A DNA stretch of 59,303 bases, counting the filler. It is 6 parts of 6 records of this genome, joined end to end, with 100 filler letters (N's around TTAATTAATTAA, not from the genome) between each part and the next. Parts side by side here need not be neighbours in the genome. Positions count along the whole stretch, not along the records: positions 39,712 to 50,620 come from DRR723986_15048; positions 50,721 to 59,303 come from DRR723986_15066; 4 more parts are not named here. One strand, given 5' to 3'. The position numbers and the translations under genes were made by a program. The notes under the pieces are model-generated. The model saw nothing but the letters and a program-made list of their open reading frames with translations, made no database searches and was not told the DNA's origin. Of this stretch, positions 48,934 through 59,032 are shown piece by piece; position 1 is the stretch's first letter, and every line of letters starts with the position of its first letter.

Positions 48934-49782
48934 TCAATCCGTCAGCTGATCATTCCGCAGACCGGCCCGCTCGTAATGATGCGGCAGGACCCGCCCATAA
49001 AGCTGTTTGGTGCGTTCCACACCGCCACACATGCCTTCGACCTCAACAAAAGAGAAGATCCCCACGTATCGCTGCCGATCCCCTTGAACTGGGGCCACAC
49101 GATGCAACGCATATCGCCCTTTGAAAATCTGCAGATCGCCGGGCTGTAACGCTAAGCGACGCACACTGGGATGATTGCCCTTAAGCACACGCGCCACCCC
49201 TTCGAAATTCTCATTCGTGGCGCTGCGCAAATTGGGAACATACTCAAAATCCCCGCCCACCTCGCCGTTCTGAATGGCCAGCGTAACCGTGAAATTATTC
49301 GTATCGAAATGCCAGGGAAACCCCTGCCCCTGCTCCACCACATTGACGATCACATCCGCCAAAGGATCATCATACCGGAAAAAGGCCTGCTCAGATGTAT
49401 CCAGCGCATCGCGCACAAACGGCATGAACCCGGGATCCGAATAGATCCGGCGCAACGCCCCGGTGGCCGGAAAATTGTCAGCCGGAACAAACGCATTGGA
49501 TCGGTCATAGAATTGCCGGATCGGGTGATCCAACGGCAAGCGCGGATCGTCCTTGGTGAAATAGGCATTCGTGCGTCCAAACGAACGATGCGCCATTGGG
49601 GCAGTTGCTTCGGCCTCGGCGACCAACTTTTGAACACCTTCGGCATGGGCAAACCCCGGTAAGATTGCACACCCCTCCTCTGCCAACTCACGCCTGAGAT
49701 CTTGGATCAAACGTTTGTAAATTGGCGCGTCCGGACGATCAATTGGATAACGGCCTAAATCCAAAAGGTCATACAGTTCCAT
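48934..49782 (-). CDS. Fe(II)/2-oxoglutarate oxygenase (BesD/HalD-like family, HxD type)
   Basis: FPWHFD, GGDFEY, PGDLQIFKGRYALHRV.PV.G..R; GGAGG RBS before MELYD. Confidence 0.75.
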   Translation of the reverse strand: MELYDLLDLGRYPIDRPDAPIYKRLIQDLRRELAEEGCAILPGFAHAEGVQKLVAEAEATAPMAHRSFGRTNAYFTKDDPRLPLDHPIRQFYDRSNAFVPADNFPATGALRRIYSDPGFMPFVRDALDTSEQAFFRYDDPLADVIVNVVEQGQGFPWHFDTNNFTVTLAIQNGEVGGDFEYVPNLRSATNENFEGVARVLKGNHPSVRRLALQPGDLQIFKGRYALHRVAPVQGDRQRYVGIFSFVEVEGMCGGVERTKQLYGRVLPHHYERAGLRNDQLTD

Positions 49783-50080
49783 CAGGCACCTCCGATCAAA
49801 GCGAACTCCTTTCAGCGTGGCAGCGCGCCGATTGGTGATCTGCTCATTTTCAGACATTTGCATGACGGTTTCAGAAGATTTTCACGCGACTCTTATGCCG
49901 CCACCCTCCCCAAGATCCGGAATCGCCCCCCGCATTCGCGGATATTTCGCCATACCCCTGGGTTCGCGCAAGAAAATGTCGCATTTTCCGCAGTTGCGGT
50001 TACATTTTTCACCCAATTGCCTGTTGACGCCCCGTAGCCCCACCAATAATGTCCGCACCAAGCAAAGGGAGCCGGTAGCA

Positions 50081-50128
50081 ATGACCGCACTAGTCGTAGT
50101 CGTAGGAACCAAGCGCATGGGCCGGTAA
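50081..50128 (+). CDS. ilv attenuator leader peptide [15 protein letters not shown]
   Basis: GGGAG RBS and a Leu-Val-Val-Val-Val control codon run upstream of acetolactate synthase. Confidence 0.85.
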   Translation: MTALVVVVGTKRMGR

Positions 50129-50182
50129 CGGTAGACCACAATCGAACCCATGCGCCTCCGAAAAATCGGGGGCTTTTTTTTT
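50113..50182 (+). terminator. Attenuator antiterminator/terminator
   Basis: GCGCATGGG (50113) pairs with CCCATGCGC (50147), overlapping the terminator GCCTCCGA-aaaa-TCGGGGGC-T9. Confidence 0.85.
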
Positions 50183-50216
50183 GCTTAAAGACGATGTCGC
50201 GTATGGAGCTAATCAG

Positions 50217-50620
50217 ATGACACGTGAAATGACCGGCGCAAAGATGGTAGTACAGGCCCTCAAAGATCAGGGTGTGGACACAGTATTCGGATATCCGGGC
50301 GGCGCCGTCCTGCCGATTTATGATGAGATTTTCCTGCAGAACGACATTCGCCACATTCTGGTCCGTCACGAACAGGGTGCGGTGCACGCCGCCGAGGCGT
50401 ATGCGCGTTCAACCGGCAAGCCCGGTGTCGCGCTGGTGACCTCGGGTCCGGGTGCGACCAATGCCGTGACCGGCTTGACCGATGCCTTGCTCGACTCGAT
50501 CCCAATTGTTGTGTTCACGGGTCAGGTGCCCACCTTCATGATCGGATCTGACGCCTTTCAGGAAGCCGATACCATTGGCATCACCCGCCCCTGCACCAAG
50601 CACAACTGGCTGGTGAAAGA
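50217..50620 (+). CDS. ilvB: Acetolactate synthase large subunit (3' truncated)
   Basis: [39 protein letters not shown]. Confidence 0.95.
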
Positions 50621-50720
50621 NNNNNNNNNNNNNNNNNNNNNNNNNNNNNNNNNNNNNNNNNNNNTTAATTAATTAANNNNNNNNNNNNNNNNNNNNNNNN
50701 NNNNNNNNNNNNNNNNNNNN
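50621..50720. other. Artificial contig spacer
   Basis: N-run + TTAATTAATTAA + N-run. Confidence 0.98.
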
Positions 50721-51189
50721 TCACGATCGACGGCGGGATCAGGATGCCCAGCGTGCCGGCGTTGGCGATGACGCCCGCCGCGAAGTCGCGCGTGTAGCCC
50801 GCCTGCCGCATCGCCGCGATGACGATGGAGCCGATGGCGACGACCGTCGCAGGCGAAGAGCCGGACAGGGCGGCAAAGATCATGCAGGCAAAGACCCCCG
50901 CGATGGCGAGGCCGCCGCGCAGGTGCCCCACGCAGGCGATGGAGAAGCGGATGATCCGTTTCGCCACGCCGCCCGTCGACATGAAGGAAGACGCGAGGAT
51001 GAAGAACGGGATGGCCAGAAGCGTGTAGTGCCCCGCCATCGCCTGATAGAAACTCTGCGCGATCGAGGCGAGCGAGGTGTCGGACAGGACCAGCAGGAAG
51101 ATGATCGACGAGAAGCCCAAGGCCACGGCGATCGGCACACCGATCAGCATCAGGCCGACGATCATGGCGAAAAGAAGTGCGACGTCCAT
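50721..51189 (-). CDS. dctM: C4-dicarboxylate TRAP large permease (3' truncated)
   Basis: LLAIPFFILA, FAALSGSSPATVVAIG, AGTLGILIPPS. Confidence 0.92.
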
Positions 51190-51192
51190 GGG

Positions 51193-51882
51193 TTAGCCTT
51201 CCTTGTTCATGTGGGCGACGTCGCGGACGTCGTCTTCGGCCTCGTGGCTGACGATCAGGCTGTCGGCTTCGCCCCGGACGATCCGCAGGGCCGCCTGAAT
51301 GAAGCGGAACAGCAGCAGGGCCACGCCGAAGGGCAGGATGAAATAGGGCAGGAAGCGCGGGATCTTCTCATAGGCTTCGCCCTCGTTGATGAGCGGCTCG
51401 ATCCAGCGCAGCCAGTCGGGCATGGGCGTGTCGACCATCTCGTACCACGAGCGGTAGGAGGTCCGGGACATCTCTTCGAAACCCGTCGGGAACCAGCGCC
51501 CGGTGGTCTGCGGCAGGTTGGCGAAGTTGGCCCAGTAGTCCCAGGCGCCTTTCATCAGAAGCAGCGCGTAGACCACGCAGACGGCAGCGGCGATCAGCGT
51601 CATGATCCGCCGCGCCCGCGAGGGCACGATGTTCAGCACCGCGTCCACGCCAAGGTTGGCGGTCTTCTTGACCGCATAGCTCACCCCGAACAGGACAAGC
51701 CACGCGAACAGGATCAGCGTCATCTCGAGGCCCCAGATGAGCCCGCTGTTGAAGCCGTAACGCAGGACGACGTTGACGAAGGTGATCACCGTCATGGCGC
51801 CGAGGATGATCGCGATGAAGGTCTCTTCGATCTCGTCGACGATGCGCCCGAGAACGGTATCGGGCGGGGTATGTTGGGACAT
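51193..51882 (-). CDS. dctQ: C4-dicarboxylate TRAP small permease
   Basis: IEET.I, VVLRY.FN, LGVDA; GGAGG-containing RBS before MSQH. Confidence 0.9.
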   Translation of the reverse strand: MSQHTPPDTVLGRIVDEIEETFIAIILGAMTVITFVNVVLRYGFNSGLIWGLEMTLILFAWLVLFGVSYAVKKTANLGVDAVLNIVPSRARRIMTLIAAAVCVVYALLLMKGAWDYWANFANLPQTTGRWFPTGFEEMSRTSYRSWYEMVDTPMPDWLRWIEPLINEGEAYEKIPRFLPYFILPFGVALLLFRFIQAALRIVRGEADSLIVSHEAEDDVRDVAHMNKEG

Positions 51883-52077
51883 GGCTCCCTCCGGGGATGG
51901 CTGGACGGGCTGGCGCGGCAGGCCGGGAGGGGTGAGGCGTCCCGAGCGCGCGCCGGTGCGGCGGCGGTCCGGGGGCAACGGCGGTTCAGGGCCGGGGAAG
52001 GCCCCTGCCCCTAACATCGTGTGACTGCCCCCGGGGTCGGCCCCGCGCCGGTCGATGCCGGCACGGGGCCCTTGGTC

Positions 52078-53082
52078 TTACATGGAGTTGTTGATCGCCT
52101 GCGCGGCGTCGATGTTTTCCTGACCCACGTCGTCGGCGAACTGCTCCCAGACGGGCTTCATCACGTCGACCCAGGCCTGCCGCTGCTCGGCGGTCAGCTC
52201 GCGGATCTCGCCGCCGGCATCCAGAACCGCCTGACGGGCTTCGGCATCGACCTCACCCACGGCGGCGTTGCGCTCGTTCGTGACCTCTTCGAGGATGGTC
52301 GCCAGCTGCTCGCGCACGGCCGGGTCCAGACCTTCCCACCAGTCGACGTTGGTCACGACGAGGTAGTCGAGCACGCCGTGGTTGGTCTCGGTCGTGCCGT
52401 CCTGCACCTCGAAGAACTTCTGGCCGTAGATGTTGGACCAGGTGTTTTCCTGCCCGTCGACGACGCCGGACTGCAGTGCGCCGTAGACCTCGGAGAAGGC
52501 CATCGGCTGCGGGCTGGCGCCCAGCGCTTCCATGTTGGCCTTCAGCACTTCGGAGGGCTGGACGCGGAACTTCAGGCCCTTGGCGTCGTCGGGCGAGATC
52601 AGCGGCTTGTTGGCCGAGATCTGCGTCAGGCCGTTGTGCCAGAACTGCAGACCCAGCAGGCCGCGGCGCACCATGGATTCCTTCATCGCCTGCCCGGTCT
52701 CGGAGGCCTGGAAGGCGTCGACCGCGTCGATGTTCTTGAACATGAAGGGCAGGTCGTAGATGCGGAACACCTTTGTGAACTGCTCGAACTTGGACAGCGA
52801 GGGCGCGGCCAGCTGGACGTCGCCGTTCAGCATCGCCTCGAGCACCTGATCGTCATTGTAAAGCGTGGAGTTCGGGAAGACCTCCATGCAGGCGGTGCCG
52901 TTCATCTCTTCGTTGACGCGCTCTTGCAGCAGGCTGGCCGCGATGCCCTTGGGGTGACGGTCGGTGTTGGTCACATGGCTGAACTTGATGACCATCTCGC
53001 CATCGTCACAGGCGGCCTGCGCGCCGGTCGCGCCGGACACGGCCAAGGCTGCCGCCGCGGCGGACATGAGAAACTTTTTCAT
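52078..53082 (-). CDS. dctP: C4-dicarboxylate TRAP binding protein
   Basis: IKFSHV...HPKG, VQLAAPSLSKF, KFRVQ.S, DGQENTWSN; GGGAGG RBS before MKKF. Confidence 0.93.
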   Translation of the reverse strand: MKKFLMSAAAAALAVSGATGAQAACDDGEMVIKFSHVTNTDRHPKGIAASLLQERVNEEMNGTACMEVFPNSTLYNDDQVLEAMLNGDVQLAAPSLSKFEQFTKVFRIYDLPFMFKNIDAVDAFQASETGQAMKESMVRRGLLGLQFWHNGLTQISANKPLISPDDAKGLKFRVQPSEVLKANMEALGASPQPMAFSEVYGALQSGVVDGQENTWSNIYGQKFFEVQDGTTETNHGVLDYLVVTNVDWWEGLDPAVREQLATILEEVTNERNAAVGEVDAEARQAVLDAGGEIRELTAEQRQAWVDVMKPVWEQFADDVGQENIDAAQAINNSM

Positions 53083-53274
53083 GGAGTATCCTCCCAGATA
53101 CGTTGTCAAGTTTCGCGGCGCCCCTCCTCGGGTGCCGGATGTGGCAAGCAAACCCCTTGCGGGGATAGCGATCAAGCGAGCGATTCGAGAATCGCGCGGC
53201 TTGGGATATTTTCGAACCATTTCATATCATTGCGGAAAGACCCTCACGCACAGCATCAGGTGCATGTCGGGAAC

Positions 53275-53325
53275 TGTGCGAAAACCCGCACGGCTGTTTG
53301 CGCCCTATGTGCGGAAATCCGCACA
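53275..53325. promoter_or_regulatory. Tandem DctD-binding sites (UAS)
   Basis: TGTGCGAAAACCCGCACG (53275) and TGTGCGGAAATCCGCACA (53308), 33 bp apart. Confidence 0.8.
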
Positions 53326-53381
53326 ACCGCCTCGGCCGATTCCCGCCAAGGTTCTCGCGCGCCGTCCGCCCTCGCTGCCAG

Positions 53382-54611
53382 CTATCCGCGCTTGAACGCC
53401 TCTGGCTTCAACCCGTATTTCGCCAGCTTGTCGTAGAAGGTCTTGCGCGGCAGACGGAGCGCCTTGGCCGCATCCACCGCCTTGCCGTTGTGCCGCCCAA
53501 GCGCGGCCGCCAGCAACATCTTCTCGACCTGCGCCATCTGCTCGGCCAGCCCCATGTCGCGGCCCACCGCAAGCTCCTCGGGCATCCCGAGGACAAAGCG
53601 CATGGCCGCCGACATCAGCGAACGCGCATTCCCCGGCCAGCGCTGCGCCATGAGCCCCGCCAGATGATCCGGCGTCACCACCGGGGCCGGCACGCCCGCC
53701 TGTTCCGCCGCCTGCGCCACGTAATGCGAGAACAGCACGGGAATGTCCTCGGGCCGTTCGTCCACGGTGGGAATGCGGACCCTGCAGACCTCGAGCCGGT
53801 AGTAGAGATCGGCGCTGAAGCCGCCCTGCGCCACGCGGCCCGCCAGATCCTCCGTCGTGCCGCCGATCAGCACCGCCCCGCCCTGCTCCATCAGGTCCAG
53901 CAGCGCCAGTTGCACATCCCCCGAGGCCGCGCCGATCTCGTCGAGGAAAAGCGTTCCGCCCCGGCTCGTCTCCCAGACCTGCTCCAGCGTCTCGCGCCCC
54001 AAGCCCGAGGCCGCGCGCTTCTCGAAGGGTCCCTTGGCGCGGGCCCCGCTCAGGTGGATGACCTCCGCCACCTTGGGCATCCCCGACCCGGGCCCGCCAG
54101 AGATCAGCACATCCGCCCCCGCGCGCGCCGCTGCCCGCACGCGCCGGCGCATCGCTTCCGCCGCCTTGGAGGCGCCGAAGATCATCCGCGCGGCGGGATC
54201 GCCCGCCTCGCGCACGGCGCGCAACGCCCTGTCCTCCAGCACCAGCCGCCGCGCCGCCATGGCCCGCGCCACGATGGCCGTCAGTTCCGCCGCCGAGCAG
54301 GGCTTTTCGAGGAAGCCGAAGGCGCCCGCCCCCATGGCGCGCACCGCCATCGGGATGTCGCCCTCGCCGGTGAGCAGGATCACCGGCAGGTCCGGGTCCT
54401 GCTCCTGCGCGTAGTTCAAAAGGTGAAAGCCGTCGCGCCCGGGCATCCGGACATCGGACAGGATCACCCCCGCGAAGGCCGGGCCGATGCGGTCCTTGGC
54501 CTCGACGAAAGAGGCCGCGCCGATCACCGCGTGATCCGCCAGCTCCAACGTCTGCCCCAGCGCCTCGCGCACGGCAGCGTCGTCGTCGACCAGCAGCACC
54601 GTCGACATCAT
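53382..54611 (-). CDS. dctD: DctD-like response regulator (receiver/degenerate AAA+/Fis HTH)
   Basis: VLLVDDD, SDVRMPG, FLEKP, LFLDEIG, DLYYRL, WPGNAR.L, LPRKTFYDKL. Confidence 0.88.
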   Translation of the reverse strand: MMSTVLLVDDDAAVREALGQTLELADHAVIGAASFVEAKDRIGPAFAGVILSDVRMPGRDGFHLLNYAQEQDPDLPVILLTGEGDIPMAVRAMGAGAFGFLEKPCSAAELTAIVARAMAARRLVLEDRALRAVREAGDPAARMIFGASKAAEAMRRRVRAAARAGADVLISGGPGSGMPKVAEVIHLSGARAKGPFEKRAASGLGRETLEQVWETSRGGTLFLDEIGAASGDVQLALLDLMEQGGAVLIGGTTEDLAGRVAQGGFSADLYYRLEVCRVRIPTVDERPEDIPVLFSHYVAQAAEQAGVPAPVVTPDHLAGLMAQRWPGNARSLMSAAMRFVLGMPEELAVGRDMGLAEQMAQVEKMLLAAALGRHNGKAVDAAKALRLPRKTFYDKLAKYGLKPEAFKRG

Positions 54612-54723
54612 GCGTAGCCCCCTGCTTCTTCTCTGTCCAAAGCCTCGATCCGGGCGCAGCCCGCCCTTTCGGGACGGCGGGCGGGGCGATCCGTGCGCAG
54701 CACGGGAGCGGCGTCCCGCCGTC

Positions 54724-56454
54724 TCATGCCGCCGCCTCGTCCTGCCATGGCTCCAGTTCCACCGTGAAGACCGCGCCGGTGTCGGAATTGCTGCCCCTGA
54801 TCCGGCCGCCGAAGCTTTGCACCAGCCCGTAGGAGATCGACAGGCCCAACCCCATGCCGCCGCCCACCTCCTTGGTGGAATAGAAGGGCTCGAACACCCG
54901 GTCGGGATCGGCGATGCCGGGCCCGGTGTCGGCCACGGCGATCCGCAGGCGCGGGCCCCGGTCCAGCGTGATCGCGATGCGCCTGTCGTCCTGCCCGGCC
55001 ATGGCGTCGGCGGCGTTGTTGATGAGGTTGACGAAGACCTGCCCCAAGCGCACCTCGCCGCCCAGAGCATAGGCCGGTGCCCCGCCCTCCCATGTCAGCG
55101 TCACGCCGTCGGCCCTCAGCCGGGCCTCGGTTAGTTCGACGGCGGTGTCGATGACCGCCACCAGATCGACCTTGCCCATGGGCTCGCTCTCGTTCCGGGC
55201 AAAGGCGCGCAGGTTGCGGATGATCCGCGCCGCCCGCGCCGCCATGGCGGCGATGCGGTCGAGGTTGTCGGACGCGCGCTCCGGGTGCCCCTTGGCAAGG
55301 AAGGCGGCGCCGTTCTCGGCGTATTGCCGGATCGCCATCAGCGGCTGGTTCAATTCGTGGCTGATGCCCGCCGACATCTGCCCCAGCGCGCTCAGCTTGC
55401 CTGCCTGCACCAGATCCGCCTGCGCGCGCCGCAGGGCCTCCTCGGCCTCCTCGCGCTCGCGCACCTCGGCCCGCAGCGCCGTGTTGGCCTCTTCCCATTC
55501 CCGGGTGCGGGCGCGCACCCGCGCCTCGAGCAGCACATTGGCCTGCGCCAGCGCCCGCCGCCGCTCTGTCGCGACGAAAAGGAGCGAGCCGAAGAACAGG
55601 CATAGCGTGACCACCGCCGCGACCTGCAGCGCCGCCAGCCGCCGCGCCGGGGCGACGTCGACCAGCGCTTCGGCGCTCAGCCCGATCACCGGAAGCGCCT
55701 GCGTCAGGTGCAGGCTGGCACGCGGCACATAGGGGCTGAGGCTCTGACGCCAGATTTCATGCCCCGCGGCCCGAGAGACGGCCAGCGGCCGCGCCGCGCC
55801 ATCGGGGCCGACCATCCGCGCCCCGTCTCGGCGCCAGAACAGGATCTCGGACCGGTTCGTGACAAGGATCCGCCCCGCCGCGTCGGTGAAGAAGACCGCG
55901 GGCCGTGTGCCGCGCCACGCGCGTTCGAGGATGTCGAGATCGACCATCAGCACAAGAGCGCCCTGCACCGCCCCATCCGCCGCGAAGGACGGCGCGGCAT
56001 GGACATAGATCCGCGACCCGTCCGCCAGCACCTCATGCCCAAAGCCAAGCGCGCCGGACATCGCCCGCCGGAACCACGGTCGTCGCGACAGGTCCTCGGG
56101 CGGCCGGTCGAAGGCGCTGGCCAGCACCCTGCCCCGGCGGTCCGCGTAAAAGGCCCGATGCGCGCTGATCTGGTCGGCGCTTTCCAGCAGCAGCGCCCGC
56201 GCCCGCGCGCGGTCGCCACCCGCATGCAGGGCGCGCAGGTCCGGGTGATCCGCCATCAGAACGGCCGCCGACCGAAAGCGCTGCAGCCCCGTCACCAGAC
56301 GGTCCGACGCAAGAGCAAGGTCCGACTGCCCGCGCGCCGCAACCTGCCCCAGAGCCTGCCCGTAGCCGTGCTGCCAGACGATCCAGCCCAGCCCGAGAAC
56401 GGCGCCGAGGAAAAGCGCGAGGGCCTTGCTGCGGGGAAAGCGGCGGAGGGTCAT
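54724..56454 (-). CDS. dctB: C4-dicarboxylate sensor histidine kinase
   Basis: LVQAGKLSALGQMSAGISHELNQPL, QVFVNLINNA, DTGPG, GMGLGL. Confidence 0.92.
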   Translation of the reverse strand: MTLRRFPRSKALALFLGAVLGLGWIVWQHGYGQALGQVAARGQSDLALASDRLVTGLQRFRSAAVLMADHPDLRALHAGGDRARARALLLESADQISAHRAFYADRRGRVLASAFDRPPEDLSRRPWFRRAMSGALGFGHEVLADGSRIYVHAAPSFAADGAVQGALVLMVDLDILERAWRGTRPAVFFTDAAGRILVTNRSEILFWRRDGARMVGPDGAARPLAVSRAAGHEIWRQSLSPYVPRASLHLTQALPVIGLSAEALVDVAPARRLAALQVAAVVTLCLFFGSLLFVATERRRALAQANVLLEARVRARTREWEEANTALRAEVREREEAEEALRRAQADLVQAGKLSALGQMSAGISHELNQPLMAIRQYAENGAAFLAKGHPERASDNLDRIAAMAARAARIIRNLRAFARNESEPMGKVDLVAVIDTAVELTEARLRADGVTLTWEGGAPAYALGGEVRLGQVFVNLINNAADAMAGQDDRRIAITLDRGPRLRIAVADTGPGIADPDRVFEPFYSTKEVGGGMGLGLSISYGLVQSFGGRIRGSNSDTGAVFTVELEPWQDEAAA

Positions 56455-56673
56455 GGCAGCGTGATACCCCGGTCGCATCGGCGCCGGCAAGACCGGGCAA
56501 GGCGTGCGCTCCTGCCTTGGCGCATCGTGCGGATCGGGCCGGCAGGCCGTCGCGCGCCGGGCTGTCGCCGGTCGGCGGACCGTGGAGGACTATGGCCGCG
56601 TCCCGACCGCGCCGTCCGCTCCGTCGCCACGCCCCGACCGACAGCCCGGCACCCCCTCGCGCCGCGACGCCCC

Positions 56674-57129
56674 CTACAGCGGCAGGGCCGTCGTCGCCTT
56701 GATCTCTTCCATCGACAGCAGAGCGGTGACGGTGTGGACCTTCACCTCGGAAATCAGCGCCTGATAGAAGGCATCGTAGGCGCGGGCGTTGCGGACGCGG
56801 ACCTTGAGGATGTAGTCGATGTCGCCCGCAAGGCGGTGCGCCTCCTGCACCTCGGGGCGCTCGCGCAGCGCCCGCAGAAAGCGCGCCTGCCAGTCGGCCT
56901 CGTGCTCCGAGGTGCGGATCAGCACGAAGAAGGTTGCCTCGAAGCCCAGTGCCTCGGCATCCAGCCGCACGGTCTGCGCGCCGATGATCCCGGCCTCACG
57001 CATCTTGCGGATGCGATTCCACACCGGCGTCTTGGAAGACCCCACCGCGCCTGCGATCTCGTCCAGCGACTGGCCCGCATCGCGCTGCAACTCCACGAGG
57101 ATTTTCCTGTCGGTTTCGTCGATCTTCAT
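56674..57129 (-). CDS. Lrp/AsnC-family regulator (DecR-like)
   Basis: IDETDRKIL.ELQRD, SKTPVWNRIRKM, HRLAGDIDYILKV; divergent from the cys genes. Confidence 0.9.
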   Translation of the reverse strand: MKIDETDRKILVELQRDAGQSLDEIAGAVGSSKTPVWNRIRKMREAGIIGAQTVRLDAEALGFEATFFVLIRTSEHEADWQARFLRALRERPEVQEAHRLAGDIDYILKVRVRNARAYDAFYQALISEVKVHTVTALLSMEEIKATTALPL

Positions 57130-57274
57130 ACGCCGTTCCGGTTTTTCCGCATCGGCGGAACATCCGCCCATTTCATACGCAACGGTAGAACAGACTTCCT
57201 TATTCCCGCAAGCGGATGGCGCCCTGAGGGGAAATTTTCCTATATAGATGCCAAGAAACGGCGGAGGCGACGCG

Positions 57275-58663
57275 ATGCAGCATTTCCCGATATTCGTGAA
57301 CACGGCCGGCGCACGGGTGGTGCTGTCGGGCGGTGGCGAGGCCGCGCTGGCCAAGCTGCGCCTCCTGCTCAAGACCGAAGCCGCGCTCGACGTCTACGCC
57401 GCCGATCCCGCCGCCGAGATCGTCACATGGGCCGCCGAGCGGCGCCTGACCCTGCACCGCCGCGCGCTGCGCGCCGGGGACGTGAGGGGCGCGACGCTCT
57501 TCTACGCCGCCGACGAGGACGAGGCCGAGGACGCCCGCACCGCCGGGATCGCCGCCGTCGAGGGCGCGCTGGTCAACGTCGTCGACAACCTCGCCGACAG
57601 CGCCTTCATCACCCCCGCCATCGTCGACCGCGATCCCGTCACCGTCGCCATCGGCACCGAGGGCGCGGCCCCGGTGCTGGCGCGCGCCATCAAGGCCGAT
57701 CTCGAAGCGCGCCTTCCCATGACGCTAGGCCCGCTCGCGCGCATCGGCAAGGCCTTCCGCCGCATGGCAGAGGCCCTGCCCCATGGCCGCCCGCGCCGCG
57801 ACTTCTGGGCCGACTACTACTTCGACGCCGGCCCCCGCGCCTTTGCCGAGGGCGAAGAGGCCACGCAGGCGGCGCTCGACACGCTTCTGGCCCGCCACCT
57901 CGCCCGCGAGGACGCCCCCGGCCACGTCGATTTCGTCGGCAGCGGTCCCGGCGACCCCGAGCTTCTGACGCTGAAGGCGCGCCGCGCGCTCGACCGCGCC
58001 GACGTGGTGATCCACGACCGTCTCGTGACCGGCGAGATCCTCGAACTCGCCCGCCGCGAGGCGCTGCTGATCGACGCCGGCAAGGAGGGCTTCGGCGCCT
58101 CCATGACGCAGGAAGAGATCAACCGCCTGATCGTCGAGCACGCGCAGGACGGCGCCCACGTCGTGCGGCTCAAGGGCGGCGATCCGACCGTCTTCGGACG
58201 GCTCGACGAAGAGATGGAGGCGGTCGAGGCCGCCGGCCTGTCCTTCGCCATCGTGCCCGGCATCACCGCCGCCTCCGCCGCGCTGGCGGGCATCGGGCAA
58301 AGCTTCACCCGCCGGGGCCGCAACACTGCCGCCCGCATCCTGACCGGCCACGACATGAAGGGCTTCGCCGATCACGAGTGGAAGACGCTCGCCCGCCCCG
58401 GCGAGGTCGCGGCGATCTACATGGGCAAGAAGGCCGCCCGTTTCATCCAGGGCCGGCTGCTGATGCACGGCGCCGCGCCCGAGACGCCGGTGACCATCGT
58501 CGAGAACATCTCGCGCGCCGACCAGCGCACCATCGGCACCACGCTTGGCCAACTGGAACCCGACCTCTCGAACGCCTGTCTGACAGGCCCCGCCCTCATG
58601 CTCTACGGTCTCGCGCCCCGCGCCGCGGCCGCCTTCAAATCCCTGCAACAGGAGGTTTCCTGA
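57275..58663 (+). CDS. cysG: Siroheme synthase
   Basis: MQHFPIF, FITPAIVDR, VGSGPGDPELLTLKA, VRLKGGDP.VFGR, VPGITAA. Confidence 0.95.
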   Translation: MQHFPIFVNTAGARVVLSGGGEAALAKLRLLLKTEAALDVYAADPAAEIVTWAAERRLTLHRRALRAGDVRGATLFYAADEDEAEDARTAGIAAVEGALVNVVDNLADSAFITPAIVDRDPVTVAIGTEGAAPVLARAIKADLEARLPMTLGPLARIGKAFRRMAEALPHGRPRRDFWADYYFDAGPRAFAEGEEATQAALDTLLARHLAREDAPGHVDFVGSGPGDPELLTLKARRALDRADVVIHDRLVTGEILELARREALLIDAGKEGFGASMTQEEINRLIVEHAQDGAHVVRLKGGDPTVFGRLDEEMEAVEAAGLSFAIVPGITAASAALAGIGQSFTRRGRNTAARILTGHDMKGFADHEWKTLARPGEVAAIYMGKKAARFIQGRLLMHGAAPETPVTIVENISRADQRTIGTTLGQLEPDLSNACLTGPALMLYGLAPRAAAAFKSLQQEVS

Positions 58664-58962
58664 TGCCCAAGGCATTCACCCCCAAGGTCGTCACCGCCAA
58701 CGCGCTGCTCGAGGGCGACGTGGTCTACCTCACGCCCGACGACGCATGGTCGCCGGACCTGCGCCACGCCGAACTGCTGACCGACGAGGCCCATGCGCAA
58801 CTGCGGCTGGTCGAGGCCAGCGCCCGGCAGGCCGAGGTCGTGGGGGTTTACCTCGCTGACATGATCCCGGGCGAGAACGGCCCGGAGCCCACGCATTTCC
58901 GCGAGGAGTTCCGCCGCACCGGCCCTTCGAACCATCATCACGGCAAGCAAGCCGACCTCTGA
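58663..58962 (+). CDS. DUF2849 family protein
   Basis: KVVTANALLEGDVVYL, VVGVYL, HFREEFRRTGPS; between cysG and cysI. Confidence 0.85.
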   Translation: MPKAFTPKVVTANALLEGDVVYLTPDDAWSPDLRHAELLTDEAHAQLRLVEASARQAEVVGVYLADMIPGENGPEPTHFREEFRRTGPSNHHHGKQADL

Positions 58963-59032
58963 AAGCCACCAGACGATCTCGTCCACGAGATTTGCAAAGT
59001 CCTTCGACGGGTTTTGCCGGGAGTAAGACCAG

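Noticed and set aside
48934..49782. Halogenase call
   Set aside because: It retains the Asp of HxD, so there is no open halide coordination site.
11877..50720. Five identical TTAATTAATTAA elements within N-runs, resembling a repeat family
   Set aside because: These are artificial all-frame-stop linkers used to join contigs. Genes are truncated at each one and base composition changes across them.
50923..54617. Long plus-strand ORFs opposite dctQ, dctP and dctD
   Set aside because: Antisense shadows of well-supported genes.
55708..58962. 1084-aa plus-strand ORF
   Set aside because: Arg/Pro-rich shadow frame over dctB, the Lrp gene and cysG in very GC-rich DNA. Only the last 99 aa (DUF2849) are a real gene.
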